A stretch of 63,998 nucleotides of DNA, filler included, from Octopus bimaculoides (lineage: Eukaryota): NCBI RefSeq assembly GCF_001194135.2. It is 8 parts of 6 records of this genome, joined end to end, with 100 filler letters (N's around TTAATTAATTAA, not from the genome) between each part and the next. Parts side by side here need not be neighbours in the genome. Positions count along the whole stretch, not along the records: positions 17,709 to 34,118 come from NC_068987.1; positions 34,219 to 36,211 come from NC_069007.1; positions 36,312 to 54,826 come from NC_068981.1; 5 more parts are not named here. One strand, written 5' to 3'. Both the position numbers and the translations under genes were made by a program. Shown piece by piece: positions 26,277 through 38,637 of this stretch. The notes beneath the pieces are model-generated. The model was not told the origin of the DNA, did not search any database, and saw only the letters and a program-made list of their open reading frames with translations. Each line of letters starts with the position of its first letter. Position 1 is the stretch's first letter.

Positions 26277-26593
26277 GGCGCGTGGCTTAGTGGTCAGGGT
26301 ATTCGACTCATGATCGTAAGGTCGTGAGTTCGATTCCCGGTGACGCGTTGTGTCCTTGAGCAAGACACTTTATTTCACGTTGCTCCAGTCCACTTAGCTG
26401 GCAAAAATGAGTAGTACCTGTATTTCAAAGGGCCGGCTTTGTCACACTAAGTGTCACGCTGAGTCTCCCTGAGAACTACGTTAGGGGTACACGTGTCTGT
26501 GGAGTGCTCAGTCACTTGCACGTTAATTTCACGAGCAGGCTGTTCTGTTGATCGTATCAGCTGGGTCCCTCGTCGTCGTAACCGATGGAATGC
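26277..26593 (+). mobile_element. Near full-length tRNA-derived SINE family C with CpGs intact
   Basis: tRNA-like head with A box (TGGCTTAGTGG) and B box (GAGTTCGATTC), then TGTGTCCTTGAGCAAGACACTTTATTTCACGTTGCTCCAGTCCAC central domain and tail. Other copies lie at 42998, 45366, 48180(-), 52927(-) and 57140. Confidence 0.85.
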
Positions 26594-27357
26594 TTCAAAA
26601 CATTAAGGAAGGTTGGTTTTCTGTTTCCTTTCTTTAAACAATCGCAGTGCTGCCCACGTTAACGAGATCCACTCGCTCAGGATTTGAAATCGGAGTTTCC
26701 TTCTAGTAGTGGATTTTATGGATCTCCAGTTCGACCAGCCTGACTCCTCTTAAAAGAGGATGCCGAGAACAAGTCTTGATATCGCGCAGGGTCGTTGGCA
26801 TCCGTGCCGCGCTAGTCACAATCGAAGTCTCACAACCCGCAGGCATAAATAAAATCCTCTCATTCTCTGCCGAACACACTTTCCTTTACATGTTCGCAGT
26901 TTAGCAACCCTCATCGTCTTTTTCCTTCCTATCACTAGACTGAACTCTCCTTTCTTCGCTTTGCAAATTTGTAACATTCTTGTAGATAACCTCCTACTTG
27001 TCATTCATTCTTGTGATCTTTACCCCTAATTTCCTAGTATTTCAAATTTGGCAGTTTTCCAATTGATTATTTTTTTCCGCTTCGAACACTGTCCTTCTAA
27101 CTCAGGTCTTTCACATTATGACCTGTTTTCTCCTTCCTTCCTTCCCTTCTTTCATCTTTAACTAATTTCTTTCTTTCCCCCACCCCCGTTTTTCTACACA
27201 GTTCTCTTTTTATATTCCTTCTCATTACTTAATCTATTTATTCAGTGTCAACAGGAAATAAATTTTTATACCTTTTCTCCGATGAAGGATACGACAAGAA
27301 ACATGTGATATTTCTTTTTCTCCACGTCAAACAATTTTTTTGAAATATATTTCAATG

Positions 27358-27430
<73 letters not shown>

Positions 27431-27434
27431 CTTA

Positions 27435-27467
<33 letters not shown>

Positions 27468-27705
27468 NNNNNNNNNNNNNNNNNNNNNNNNNNNNNNNNN
27501 NNNNNNNNNNNNNNNNNNNNNNNNNNNNNNNNNNNNNNNNNNNNNNNNNNNNNNNNNNNNNNNNNNNNNNNNNNNNNNNNNNNNNNNNNNNNNNNNNNNN
27601 NNNNNNNNNNNNNNNNNNNNNNNNNNNNNNNNNNNNNNNNNNNNNNNNNNNNNNNNNNNNNNNNNNNNNNNNNNNNNNNNNNNNNNNNNNNNNNNNNNNN
27701 NNNNN

Positions 27706-27755
<50 letters not shown>

Positions 27756-28936
27756 ACACACAAACGCAGATTTATCCGCAAAACACATCCGTTTAAATAT
27801 TACATTAATTGACAGGCTTGATAAATGCGTACCAGTGACGTCAACATTTTCCTTTAATTCTTTAGCTTCTGCCATTGTATTCTCTTTCATTCTCCCGTTC
27901 CTTTCTTTACCATTCTTCCATTTCTTGTTTTCAGTTAACGTTTATTTTCATTTCTTTATGATTAAAAATATATGAAAAAAAAAAAAAAAAAAAAAAAAAA
28001 AAAANNNNNNNNNNNNNNNNNNNNNNNNNNNNNNNNNNNNNNNNNNNNNNNNNNNNNNNNNNNNNNNNNNNNNNNNNNNNNNNNNNNNNNNNNNNNNNNN
28101 NNNNNNNNNNNNNNNNNNNNNNNNNNNNNNNNNNNNNNNNNNNNNNNNNNNNNNNNNNNNNNNNNNNNNNNNNNNNNNNNNNNNNNNNNNNNNNNNNNNN
28201 NNNNNNNNNNNNNNNNNNNNNNNNNNNNNNNNNNNNNNNNNNNNNNNNNNNNNNNNNNNNNNNNNNNNNNNNNNNNNNNNNNNNNNNNNNNNNNNNNNNN
28301 NNNNNNNNNNNNNNNNNNNNNNNNNNNNNNNNNNNNNNNNNNNNNNNNNNNNNNNNNNNNNNNNNNNNNNNNNNNNNNNNNNNNNNNNNNNNNNNNNNNN
28401 NNNNNNNNNNNNNNNNNNNNNNNNNNNNNNNNNNNNNNNNNNNNNNNNNNNNNNNNNNNNNNNNNNNNNNNNNNNNNNNNNNNNNNNNNNNNNNNNNNNN
28501 NNNNNNNNNNNNNNNNNNNNNNNNNNNNNNNNNNNNNNNNNNNNNNNNNNNNNNNNNNNNNNNNNNNNNNNNNNNNNNNNNNNNNNNNNNNNNNNNNNNN
28601 NNNNNNNNNNNNNNNNNNNNNNNNNNNNNNNNNNNNNNNNNNNNNNNNNNNNNNNNNNNNNNNNNNNNNNNNNNNNNNNNNNNNNNNNNNNNNNNNNNNN
28701 NNNNNNNNNNNNNNNNNNNNNNNNNNNNNNNNNNNNNNNNNNNNNNNNNNNNNNNNNNNNNNNNNNNNNNNNNNNNNNNNNNNNNNNNNNNNNNNNNNNN
28801 NNNNNNNNNNNNNNNNNNNNNNNNNNNNNNNNNNNNNNNNNNNNNNNNNNNNNNNNNNNNNNNNNNNNNNNNNNNNNNNNNNNNNNNNNNNNNNNNNNNN
28901 NNNNNNNNNNNNNNNATATATATATATATATATATA

Positions 28937-29152
28937 CGAGAGAGTGCTGAAAAGTTCCTGGGTTTGGGTAGAAGAAAATACAGGAGGATCAGTTAATTAT
29001 GATTTTATTCAACGTATTCCCCTCTCAGATTCATACACTTATTGCAGCAGTCATTCATGTTTTCTAAGCCCTGTAAGAGAACTCGGAAAGCTGGGCTTCC
29101 AGCCAGGCCTTTCAGGATACCCTTAAAGCCAGGAACTTTTCAGCATCCATCG
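28937..29152. mobile_element. mariner-type MITE
   Basis: TIRs CGAGAGAGTGCTGAAAAGTTCCTGG and CCAGGAACTTTTCAGCATCCATCG, flanked by TA. Confidence 0.8.
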
Positions 29153-29308
29153 TATATGTATATATATATATATACATACGTATGTATATTATATATACTT
29201 GCGTGTGTGTGTGTTCGTATCTTCTGTCTCTCATTAATCAAATACCCAACGAACACTGAAAATGAACGTGATTTACCGGTAAGTTACAGTGTGTATACTA
29301 TATAATCT

Positions 29309-29377
29309 ATTATCTAATATATATTATAATTAAGGGTATCTCTTGGATACCCTTAATTATAATATATATTAGATAAT
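29309..29377. repeat. Perfect 32-bp inverted repeat with 5-nt loop
   Basis: ATTATCTAATATATATTATAATTAAGGGTATC-TCTTG-GATACCCTTAATTATAATATATATTAGATAAT. Confidence 0.95.
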
Positions 29378-30702
29378 GATTACCACCTATAAGGTTTTTA
29401 TTCCCAAGCTGGCCCCTTGATACGATCGATATTTTAGATAATGATCTTATCCTTATATATATATACTCGTGTACGTGTGTATTATGTATATGCATGTATA
29501 TATCTACGTGCATATAACTACAGACACATACACACATGCTTATGTGAATAAGGTAGCGAACTGGCAGAGGTAATAACTCGTTGGATAGAATGATCTGTAG
29601 TGTTTGTTCCGACTCTTTGCACTCTGAGTTCGAATCCAACCAAGTTAACTTTGCTTTTCATCGTTTCAGAGTCGATAAACCACATCCCAATTGAGGGCAA
29701 TGATTTGGTGGAACAGTCAGATATCTTGCAGTATCTGTTACGGCTCTTTGTGTTGTTTCATTAATGCCTGGGACGACACTTGGCCTTCCTTGGATATATC
29801 ATTGGTGACGTGAAGGAAGGCGAGTTGCTTGCATTAGCAAGTTACTAGTTTTATTCCCCACTTAGCTTTCACCATCAAAAGTGCCAGCATTTTTTGAATA
29901 TCTCTGATCTGGTTTTTGAAATGTCCACAGATTTATTGTAATTGAAGAGGAAAAGGTTTTTCTCATTTGTATACAATGGTTGGTCTTTCTTTCAACTGAT
30001 CAACGGTATTGCAGAGACAATATCTTAACCATTTCTGCTGTACTTGGGCTGTTTCCAGAAGTAAGTGCTAAGCCCCAAGTACACATACTACTTTTGCATT
30101 CATGGATACACCACGAAGGAAAGACAAGTCAGTACGTCCGTAGCATCCATGCTCATCTAAGAGAAGGTAACTCCATATAAACCCTGCATCTTGATGTCCA
30201 TTAGTCTCGTGGCACTTGTTGCACCAAATCAGACCAGACTAGACTAGTACAAGTTAGAAGGACGGGAGAGTGGGATTGGTTCTGCACAAACATGCCCACT
30301 ACAATAATAAACCCCTGCTGTCTTGTGGGGTAATTTACTAAGCGCTAGAAATCTAAGGAAGTGAAGGACTAAAGAAAATCAGGGGCTGAGACCCCAGGGC
30401 TGTATGTAAAACACAATCTGTTTGACATTTCTCTATGGTTTACATCTTCGAGAATGTTCTTTGCTATATTGAAGACGGTACTGCATTCTTTCAATGTCCT
30501 GGATGTATGGTTAAAAAATTTGCTTCTCAATGACTTTGCTTTTGGGTTCAGTCTCATTGCGTGACACCTTGGGTAAATAGCCTCGGGCCGATCAAAGCCT
30601 TCTGAGTGGATTTGGTAGACAGAAACTATAGACAGAAACTGAGTAGGCAGAGGGTGGGGAGTAGAGGTGGGGTATGTGGGAGTGGGTGTAAGGAATGGGT
30701 TT

Positions 30703-30785
<83 letters not shown>

Positions 30786-30902
30786 CTCTGTGTGTGTGTG
30801 TTACAAATTCTATAAGGGAACAGACGGCACTAGTAATTGTAGGGCGAGAGGTTAATCACTTGAATGCTTTTGATCATTGACTAGCTCAAAGTCAACACCA
30901 GT

Positions 30903-31121
30903 TTAACCCTTTAGCATTCAGATTAATCGGTCAAATGTAAATACTCATTTATTTACACTATTATGAAATAATCCTGCATTATCTCGCAACTTTAAGACCT
31001 CGATGATGTGACAGTCTATTTTTAGAATAATATTGTAAGGTAGGTGTGAGACGCCTTATCGAGACGGTTTGAACGTAAAACAGCTAGAATATTTGGGGTC
31101 AGATATGGCCGGTTTAAATGC
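30903..31121 (+). mobile_element. piggyBac-like MITE, right TIR truncated
   Basis: Starts TTAA-CCCTTTAGCATTCAGA. The right end stops at GGTTTAAATGC, where the mirror-image AAATGCTAAAGGG-TTAA is expected. Confidence 0.75.
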
Positions 31122-31499
31122 AACGACAACAGTTGCCACAACAACAACAACAACTTTATATGGTGCAATTGTTTGGTTTATTTGGCTTGCTAGAAGAGGG
31201 CTTAGAACTTGACAGACCAACCAGGCAGACGCTTGCTATAGGACCTTCAATGTTGTTTCCCAGCCTGCAAGAACGGAAACAAAAAACGAAACGAAAAAGA
31301 ACAACAAACGTGCAGCTAAATCTCCGTCACACCATACCCTACCGTTTTAGGTAAGGATACATTAGACGTTGTAGTCCTCTATGTCACAAAATAGATGGGA
31401 TGGACACAGCTGGACTGTATTTGATCAAGTTTGCTGACTTAGGCGTGACCCGGGGTCAAAATAATACTAATAATAACTAGGTAGGCCGAAAAAAAAATC

Positions 31500-31870
31500 C
31501 AAATTAGTGAACGGTTTTGGGTTTAGTCCCACTGGGCAAATATCTTCTGTTATAACCCCGAACAGACTAATGCCTTGTCAGTGAATTTGGTTGACGGAAA
31601 CTATGCAGAAGCCCATTATATATACATATATAGATGCATATATATGTATAAGTGTGTCTTTGTGCTTGTGTTTGTCCCCCACTCACAGCTTGGTTTGTTT
31701 GCGTCCTCGTAACTTAGCGGTTCGGCATAAGTGACCCATAGAATAAGTACTAGTCTTTAAAATTAAGACAAGTACTGGAGTCGATTTGTTCGACTAAATG
31801 CCCTTCAAGGCAGTGCCCCAGCATGGCCAGAGTCCTCTAACTGAAAGAAGTAAAAGAAAAAAGATAAAAG
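31500..31870 (+). mobile_element. SINE family A (diverged head, complete tail)
   Basis: GGGTTTAGTCCCACT...GAAGCCC...GATAGAATAAGTACT...GCCCCAGCATGGCC...AAAAGATAAAAG. Confidence 0.7.
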
Positions 31871-32364
31871 ATAAAAGATAAAAAGACAAGAGATAAGAGA
31901 TAAGATGTCTGATTGAAAAATAACGAAACGAAAAAAGAAAGAAAAAAAAAAAAAACCCATTGGATTTGATTATTCAGTCTCTTGATATCTCAATAATTCT
32001 CTTTTGCCATTCTTTATTGTCTGACAGAATTTACAATAAATAAATAAATATGTAAGGAAGTAGAAAATAAAAACATCCTAAAACAAGGCGAAATAAAAAT
32101 AAAGTGAAAGATCGTATTTAAAAACTCGAAAAGGAGGAAGACATATTTCTTCGTTCTTGCTTTTTTTCTTCCGGTTCTGGATTCTGGCCAACATGAAGTT
32201 TAATTTCCGTCCGATAAATGATTTGTTTCTTTTATGATTGGAAACTTTCAAAGACAAATATTTATTCTATAAATGAATATTAATATAAACTATTGGTCAT
32301 TGTTAGGCTAATTGGTTAAGTAACTAAAGACAATACAACGAATAAGATTAATAACAGTTTCTGA

Positions 32365-32735
32365 TTTAGGCACAAGGCCAGCATTTTTGAGAGGAAGGCG
32401 TTGAGTTGAGTCGAGTCGAACTCGATAAACAAAAACGCCTATGGTTTTTAATTTAGACACAAGGGCAACGGTTTTGAGTGAAGGGGGCAAGTTGGTCCCA
32501 ATAACCCTTAGAATTAGACCGGTGCTTTTTATTTTATTGACCACCGAAATGATGAAAGGCAAAGTTGACTCCGTCCGGATTTGAAATCGGAATTCTTTTA
32601 CTTGCTTCAGTCATTTGACTGCGGCCATGCTGGAGCACCGCATTGAAGAGTATTAGTCGAACAAATCGACCTCAGGACTTATCTCTTAAGTCTAGTACTT
32701 ATTCCATCATCGGTCTCTTTTTGCCGAACAGCTTG
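32365..32735 (-). mobile_element. SINE family B fragment followed by SINE family A tail
   Basis: TTTAGGCACAAGGCCAGC...GATGAAAGGCAAAGTTGAC, then CAGTCATTTGACTGCGGCCATGCTGGAGCAC. Confidence 0.7.
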
Positions 32736-33215
32736 ATGCCTTATTTAAGGCATTAACAATGATAAGGCATAGGTATGTAAGAAAGAAATTTGTTTCGAAT
32801 CTACTGCATGATACGTTGAGAAAGCCTCTTATTCTGTCATCGCTTCGGTTACACTAATACTTTTTAAGTCAAATTTTTCTAGACAGAAAACTGCAGGAAG
32901 CCTTTCATATAGTGCTCTAGTCTTGACGATTTGATTTGTCGTGTTTTCGCAGACGTAGTGTATCCAATGCATCTTTCTTCTTTTCAATGTTACAAGAATA
33001 TTCTATTATTAGAAACATGGTTGAAGATGTCTATTGGACTGACTGAAGTCTCTCACAAAATCTGAAATTTCTGTGACAGCGGTGGCAACCATATTTATTT
33101 TGAAAACATCTAATCCAATAATAAGTTATGTTCACCAAATTACTGATGTAATTATATACATTTCAATACTCCAGCAGAGACACCGCTCTTGAGCAGTCCG
33201 ACTGCAAGTCATTAT

Positions 33216-33251
<36 letters not shown>

Positions 33252-33430
33252 GTGAGTGGGCAAACGAAAGAAAAAGCACTCAACGCATTTAGTAGGAGTT
33301 ACATTTATTATTATTTAAAACAGTTTGATTTGGCTTTTGGCTTCTAACAGAAACCCGGCTTGTTCAGGCAAAACTTTTAAGTCGCATGGAGCTGAATCCA
33401 ACAGTTTTAAATGATAATAATAATAATAAC

Positions 33431-33480
<50 letters not shown>

Positions 33481-33481
33481 T

Positions 33482-33722
33482 TTACAATATTTACATTATT
33501 TACATTTGACGGATATTTGTCCTCATCTTGTTTGTTGTTAACACAACGTTTAGGCTGATCCACCCTCCACCCTTCATCAGGTGTCTTTGGGAATGAGAAC
33601 CCAGGTTCAAAATTTCCCCAAGACACCTGATGAAGGCTGGAGGGTATATCAGCCGAAACGTTGTGTTAACAACAAACAAGACGAGGACAAATGCCCGTCA
33701 AATGTAAATAATGTAAATAATG
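33482..33722. mobile_element. Fold-back element with arms of about 110 bp, each carrying a hammerhead fold (Penelope-type inverted pLTR)
   Basis: 33482-33591 is the diverged reverse complement of 33614-33722, with a spacer of about 22 nt. Flanked by (TAA)n. Confidence 0.8.
33622..33667 (+). ncRNA. Minimal type I hammerhead ribozyme candidate, intact core
   Basis: Stem I GACAC/GUGUU; CUGAUGA plus A; stem II GGCUG/CAGCC; GAAA; palindromic ACGU; GUU triplet (cut after 33662). The opposite-arm copy at 33540-33585 (-) has G12 changed to U and a stem II mismatch. Confidence 0.65.
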
Positions 33723-33818
33723 TATATATTTCCTCATCTCTTAAATATAGAAGTGAATATTATTATTAATAATAATAATAATAATATAAAAATTAGAAGA
33801 AGAGTGCCACTGTCATCT

Positions 33819-34020
33819 AGTGAACGATATTTCCACTTCTTGTGTGTCTGCAACAGGTTCAAAAAATAATTATGTCAATGTTCGAAAAATAATTTTGTCA
33901 ATCTACTTCATTTTGGTGGAGTTGCCTGAATCCTATATATATTAACCAAAATGAAGTAGAGTGACAAAATTATTTTTTGAACCTGCTGAAAATACACAAG
34001 ATGCCGAAATATCGTTCACT
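33819..34020. mobile_element. Second fold-back element (arms about 75 bp) with degenerate hammerhead folds at both outer ends
   Basis: AGTGAACGATATTTC...CTACTTCATTTTGG mirrored by CCAAAATGAAGTAG...GAAATATCGTTCACT. The plus arm 33978-34018 reads UGAAC-CUGCUGA-A-...-GAAA-UA-UC-GUUCA. Confidence 0.7.
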
Positions 34021-34062
34021 TTTGGATCCAAAATTATTGCATAGGCATGCGATATACATACA

Positions 34063-34118
<56 letters not shown>

Positions 34119-34218
34119 NNNNNNNNNNNNNNNNNNNNNNNNNNNNNNNNNNNNNNNNNNNNTTAATTAATTAANNNNNNNNNNNNNNNNNNNNNNNNNN
34201 NNNNNNNNNNNNNNNNNN

Positions 34219-34485
34219 GCGTTGAGGTGTTGGTCGAGGGCCATCCTCGCAGCCAAAACTTTGGTTGCGCTGCCAGTTGTAAGTGCCTCTTCTAGTTTCT
34301 TAACTAAGTCTCCCTCTACTCTATTTCGATCTATCGCTAGTTCTTTACTAAACCTAATAGATTCCGATTTAATTGCCATTTTCAGGGCAAACCACCAGCG
34401 GTTGTTAACGATGGCTCCTGTTAACGCCCTCTTAATTAATTCGCTAATCCGGTTCCTGTAAACCTGCCGCGCTAAGAGCGAAGCG

Positions 34486-34486
<1 letters not shown>
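34219..34486 (-). mobile_element. Tx1/L1-clade ORF2 fragment (region between endonuclease and RT)
   Basis: Open minus frame QVYRNRISELIKRALTGAIVNNRWWFALKMAIKSESIRFSKELAIDRNRVEGDLVKKLEEAL; abuts (GATA)n at 34487 and is cut by an assembly linker. Confidence 0.65.
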
Positions 34487-34555
<69 letters not shown>

Positions 34556-35176
34556 GTATTCAAGCAGACAGTCAGACAAACAGACAGATAAACACTAGTT
34601 ACCAAGGATTTCTTCTAAGTCTATTTGGTAGTTGACAGAAAGGATACAGAGATTTTCTAAAATATGCAATTAGTTTCGCCCCGTTGAATTTCAAATTCAC
34701 ATCACGCTTGTGGCAACGGCTTTGGCTTCCAGCATACAGTGGTCGATAGAAACCAAAGTCGGCAATATACTGGGTCGATTCAACGATTCAGACGACATTC
34801 AGCTCCCACAACTTCCACCCTGTATTTGGTCGTCTGCTCGGTCAATTGAGATCGATACAAAAAAGGGGTGGGGGAAAAAATCAATGAAATTTACTACATT
34901 TAATCTTTTCTATGAGACTTCGACATTTTGTGAGTGGGAAGAGCTGATTAAACAGGTCGAATCCAGGGGGAAATCAGTAAGCCGTTGTGCTTTTATAGCT
35001 TTGAAAAATGCATTCAAAAGGGTTTGACATGTGTTTATGTGTGTGTTTATGTGTGTGTTTGTGTGTGTGTGCGTACATATATGTATTTGACAAGTATATA
35101 TACATATACATTTTTCTTTGAATATATATTCATGCATGTGATAAATACATATCATATCATATCATATCATGTAATA

Positions 35177-35225
<49 letters not shown>

Positions 35226-35226
35226 G

Positions 35227-35300
<74 letters not shown>

Positions 35301-35438
35301 ACATACAGACAGACAGATAGATAGACAATCACGTATATATATCATGTGTCATGCATCACATATTAATGCGTAATTATGCGTAATTGTATGTATATATGTG
35401 TATATATATGTGTCTGTGTGTGTGTGTGTGTGTGTGCG

Positions 35439-35469
<31 letters not shown>

Positions 35470-35604
35470 CTTTTCAGTTCGTTTTCGGGAAACGTTTTGA
35501 ATATGCATATAAAAGCTTATTTTACTATGGCGGCTTCAGCCTAATGATACCAACTGCCAATAACAGCTTTTGGGGTTGCATCGAGCAAGGATAAACATAG
35601 TAAC

Positions 35605-35970
35605 AACAAGAGCACTCAGGGAGCGCAGACCGCCGCCAAGGCAACACCAACGTCCTCTCAACGATTAGCCAGAGGTGATTTTTTAAAATGAGAATATCTG
35701 AAATAAACTCGACTGCTCTCACAAATGAGAATACTAAAAATGAACCCGACCGCTCTCAAAAATTAAGTAAAAAAAATCCGGAAAAATAATCTAGAATCCT
35801 TGTCCGGTACCGGATTGATCCCAAAATCTAATCAGTTCGTGCCAGTCACGGAGTCAAACACCTCTGAAAGTTTCATCCGAATCCATCCAGCGGTTCTTCA
35901 GATATCTTGTCCACGGACAAACAAACGTGACTAAAAACAATATCTCCGCCTTCGCTAAGGCGGAGGTAAT
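35605..35970 (+). mobile_element. Non-autonomous Helentron/DINE-1-like element
   Basis: Terminal hairpin CTCCGCCTT-CGCT-AAGGCGGAG (35944-35965) plus a subterminal partial copy CCGCCAAGG at about 35633; no long TIRs. Confidence 0.6.
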
Positions 35971-35974
35971 AATA

Positions 35975-36077
<103 letters not shown>

Positions 36078-36112
36078 TAATAATAATAATAATAATAATA
36101 ATGATAATAATA

Positions 36113-36211
36113 GGCATAACACCTACATGAACTTCTAACTTGTTGTCTCTTGAGGTCTCTGGGTGAGACTTGGATCCAACTTGTACAAATGCAAAACAAA
36201 AGTCAAACATA
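36113..36211 (+). mobile_element. Probable extreme 3' end of a Dong/R4-like element next to (TAA)n
   Basis: About 100-bp non-repetitive segment (AGGCATAACACC...GGGTGAGACTTGG...AAAAGTCAAACATA) directly after a (TAA)n array. Family assignment is from recall of similar octopus repeats and is unverified. Confidence 0.4.
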
Positions 36212-36386
36212 NNNNNNNNNNNNNNNNNNNNNNNNNNNNNNNNNNNNNNNNNNNNTTAATTAATTAANNNNNNNNNNNNNNNNNNNNNNNNNNNNNNNNN
36301 NNNNNNNNNNNTACTACATGTATGTATGTGCATATGTGTGCATACATGTATATGTACATATGTATATATATATATATATATAATAT

Positions 36387-36444
<58 letters not shown>

Positions 36445-36851
36445 CGCATATACTTTGGATTTATGATGTACTGATAATACATACCCCCCCCCACACACAC
36501 ACACACACACATATATCTGGTGGGGCAGGTAACATCACTCCTGTACAACTGCAATATTAAATATTAAGTGACTGAATGAACTGACTGCCCCAGGACAACA
36601 AGTTCTATGTCTCCACAGTGACATGCGAGAAGAGATTTAGTGAAATCTATTGAAGAAAGTAATGCAACACATAAAAAGATTTTCTCTTTCTCCAGTTAAC
36701 TTCTGGCTTGAAATTCCAACCATTGTCATAGGATCGAAGTATTTTACCATTCCATTGTGTTCTTTCATTCTTAACAATATTGTTTTGCAATGGATATTTA
36801 CATAAATTCAAACATAACTATGGCGACAGATTACATATATATGTATACGTA

Positions 36852-37091
36852 CAGGTTACTCAAAACGTCTTTCCGCAGTAAGTATTTATTGGTTTTTTCA
36901 GGCGATTCTTGTACACTGATTCTTTACTTGCTCCCGAGAAAAGAAAAAAAAAAAGTCTGGCGGTGTTAAATCAGGTGATCTTGGTGGTCAAAGTCCCTTC
37001 GAAATAATCTGTTGACCAAGAAACTTTTGAAGTCATGGTGATGTGTAAAGATGAAGAAAATTCATTGTGGAGAGAATTTTTGAACAACCTG
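36852..37091 (-). mobile_element. Tc1/mariner internal-deletion derivative
   Basis: TA-CAGGTTACTCAAAA...TTTTGAACAACCTG-TA TIRs. Internally the minus strand reads *PPRSPDL, a degenerate WPPRSPDL motif. Confidence 0.8.
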
Positions 37092-37101
37092 TATATGTAT
37101 G

Positions 37102-37157
<56 letters not shown>

Positions 37158-37333
37158 TACATACTTTAGCCTTCATCCTGTTTAAGCTTGAGAGCTGTGG
37201 CCATGCTGGGGCACTGCTATTAGCTTTGCTACATTTTGACTACTCGAAACTTCTGTTATGTGGCATTTGGTGAAATAGGGCATTTGATGTTGTTGCCCTC
37301 ATCTGTGCTTCTTGTCATATGTGTATATGTGTG

Positions 37334-37375
<42 letters not shown>

Positions 37376-37978
37376 NNNNNNNNNNNNNNNNNNNNNNNNN
37401 NNNNNNNNNNNNNNNNNNNNNNNNNNNNNNNNNNNNNNNNNNNNNNNNNNNNNNNNNNNNNNNNNNNNNNNNNNNNNNNNNNNNNNNNNNNNNNNNNNNN
37501 NNNNNNNNNNNNNNNNNNNNNNNNNNNNNNNNNNNNNNNNNNNNNNNNNNNNNNNNNNNNNNNNNNNNNNNNNNNNNNNNNNNNNNNNNNNNNNNNNNNN
37601 NNNNNNNNNNNNNNNNNNNNNNNNNNNNNNNNNNNNNNNNNNNNNNNNNNNNNNNNNNNNNNNNNNNNNNNNNNNNNNNNNNNNNNNNNNNNNNNNNNNN
37701 NNNNNNNNNNNNNNNNNNNNNNNNNNNNNNNNNNNNNNNNNNNNNNNNNNNNNNNNNNNNNNNNNNNNNNNNNNNNNNNNNNNNNNNNNNNNNNNNNNNN
37801 NNNNNNNNNNNNNNNNNNNNNNNNNNNNNNNNNNNNNNNNNNNNNNNNNNNNNNNNNNNNNNNNNNNNNNNNNNNNNNNNNNNNNNNNNNNNNNNNNNNN
37901 NNNNNNNNNNNNNNNNNNNNNNNNNNNNNNNNNNNNNNNNNNNNNNNNNNNNNNNNNNNNNNNNNNNNNNNNNNNNNN

Positions 37979-38637
37979 TACAGGGATGTAAACACACCAA
38001 CACCGGTTGTCAAGCAGTGGTGGGGGACAAATGCACACACACACACACACACACATGCACAGAGACACACATACAAACACATTCACACAACAGGCTTCTT
38101 TCAGTTTCCATCTACCAAATCCACTCACAAGGCTTTGGTTAGCTTAAGGCTATGGTAGACCACACTTGCCCAAGGGTGGCTGTGTGGTTAGAAGCTTGCT
38201 TCCCAACCACATGGTTCTGGGTGCCACCTTACCCAAGTGTCTTCTCCTATAGCCTTGGGCTGACCAAAGCCTTGTGAGTGGATTTGGTAGACGGAAACTG
38301 AAAGAAGCCCGTTGTATATATACATGTATATATTTATGTGTGTGTGTGTGTCTGTGTTTATCCCCCCACCACCATCGCTCGACAACCAATGCTGGTGTGT
38401 TTATGTCCCAGTAACTTAGCTGTTTGGCAAAAGGAACTGATAGAATAAGTACTAGGCTTACAAAGAATAAGTACTAGGGTCAATTTGCTCGACTAAAACC
38501 CTTTAAGGCAGTGCTTCAGCATGGCCACAGTCAAATGAATGAAACAAGTAAAAGAATAAAAAAAAGTGCCATGCAGTGGGACTGAACCTGGAACCATGTG
38601 GTTGGGAAGCAAACTTCTTACCACACAGCCACACCTG
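37979..38637. mobile_element. Minus-strand SINE A interrupted by a plus-strand SINE A (38176-38566)
   Basis: The outer copy breaks at CCCAAGG|(G)TGCC and resumes at 38567 as GTGCCATGCAGTGGGACTGAACC. Confidence 0.85.

Noticed and set aside
26277-26350. tRNA gene (acceptor-like stem, CAT anticodon loop)
   Set aside because: The T-stem has mismatches and extra bases, and the sequence continues into a SINE body present in many copies.
29700-30400. Possible exons or LINE ORF in a GC-richer stretch
   Set aside because: All frames are interrupted and no motif is recognisable; probably old retroelement debris that I cannot classify.
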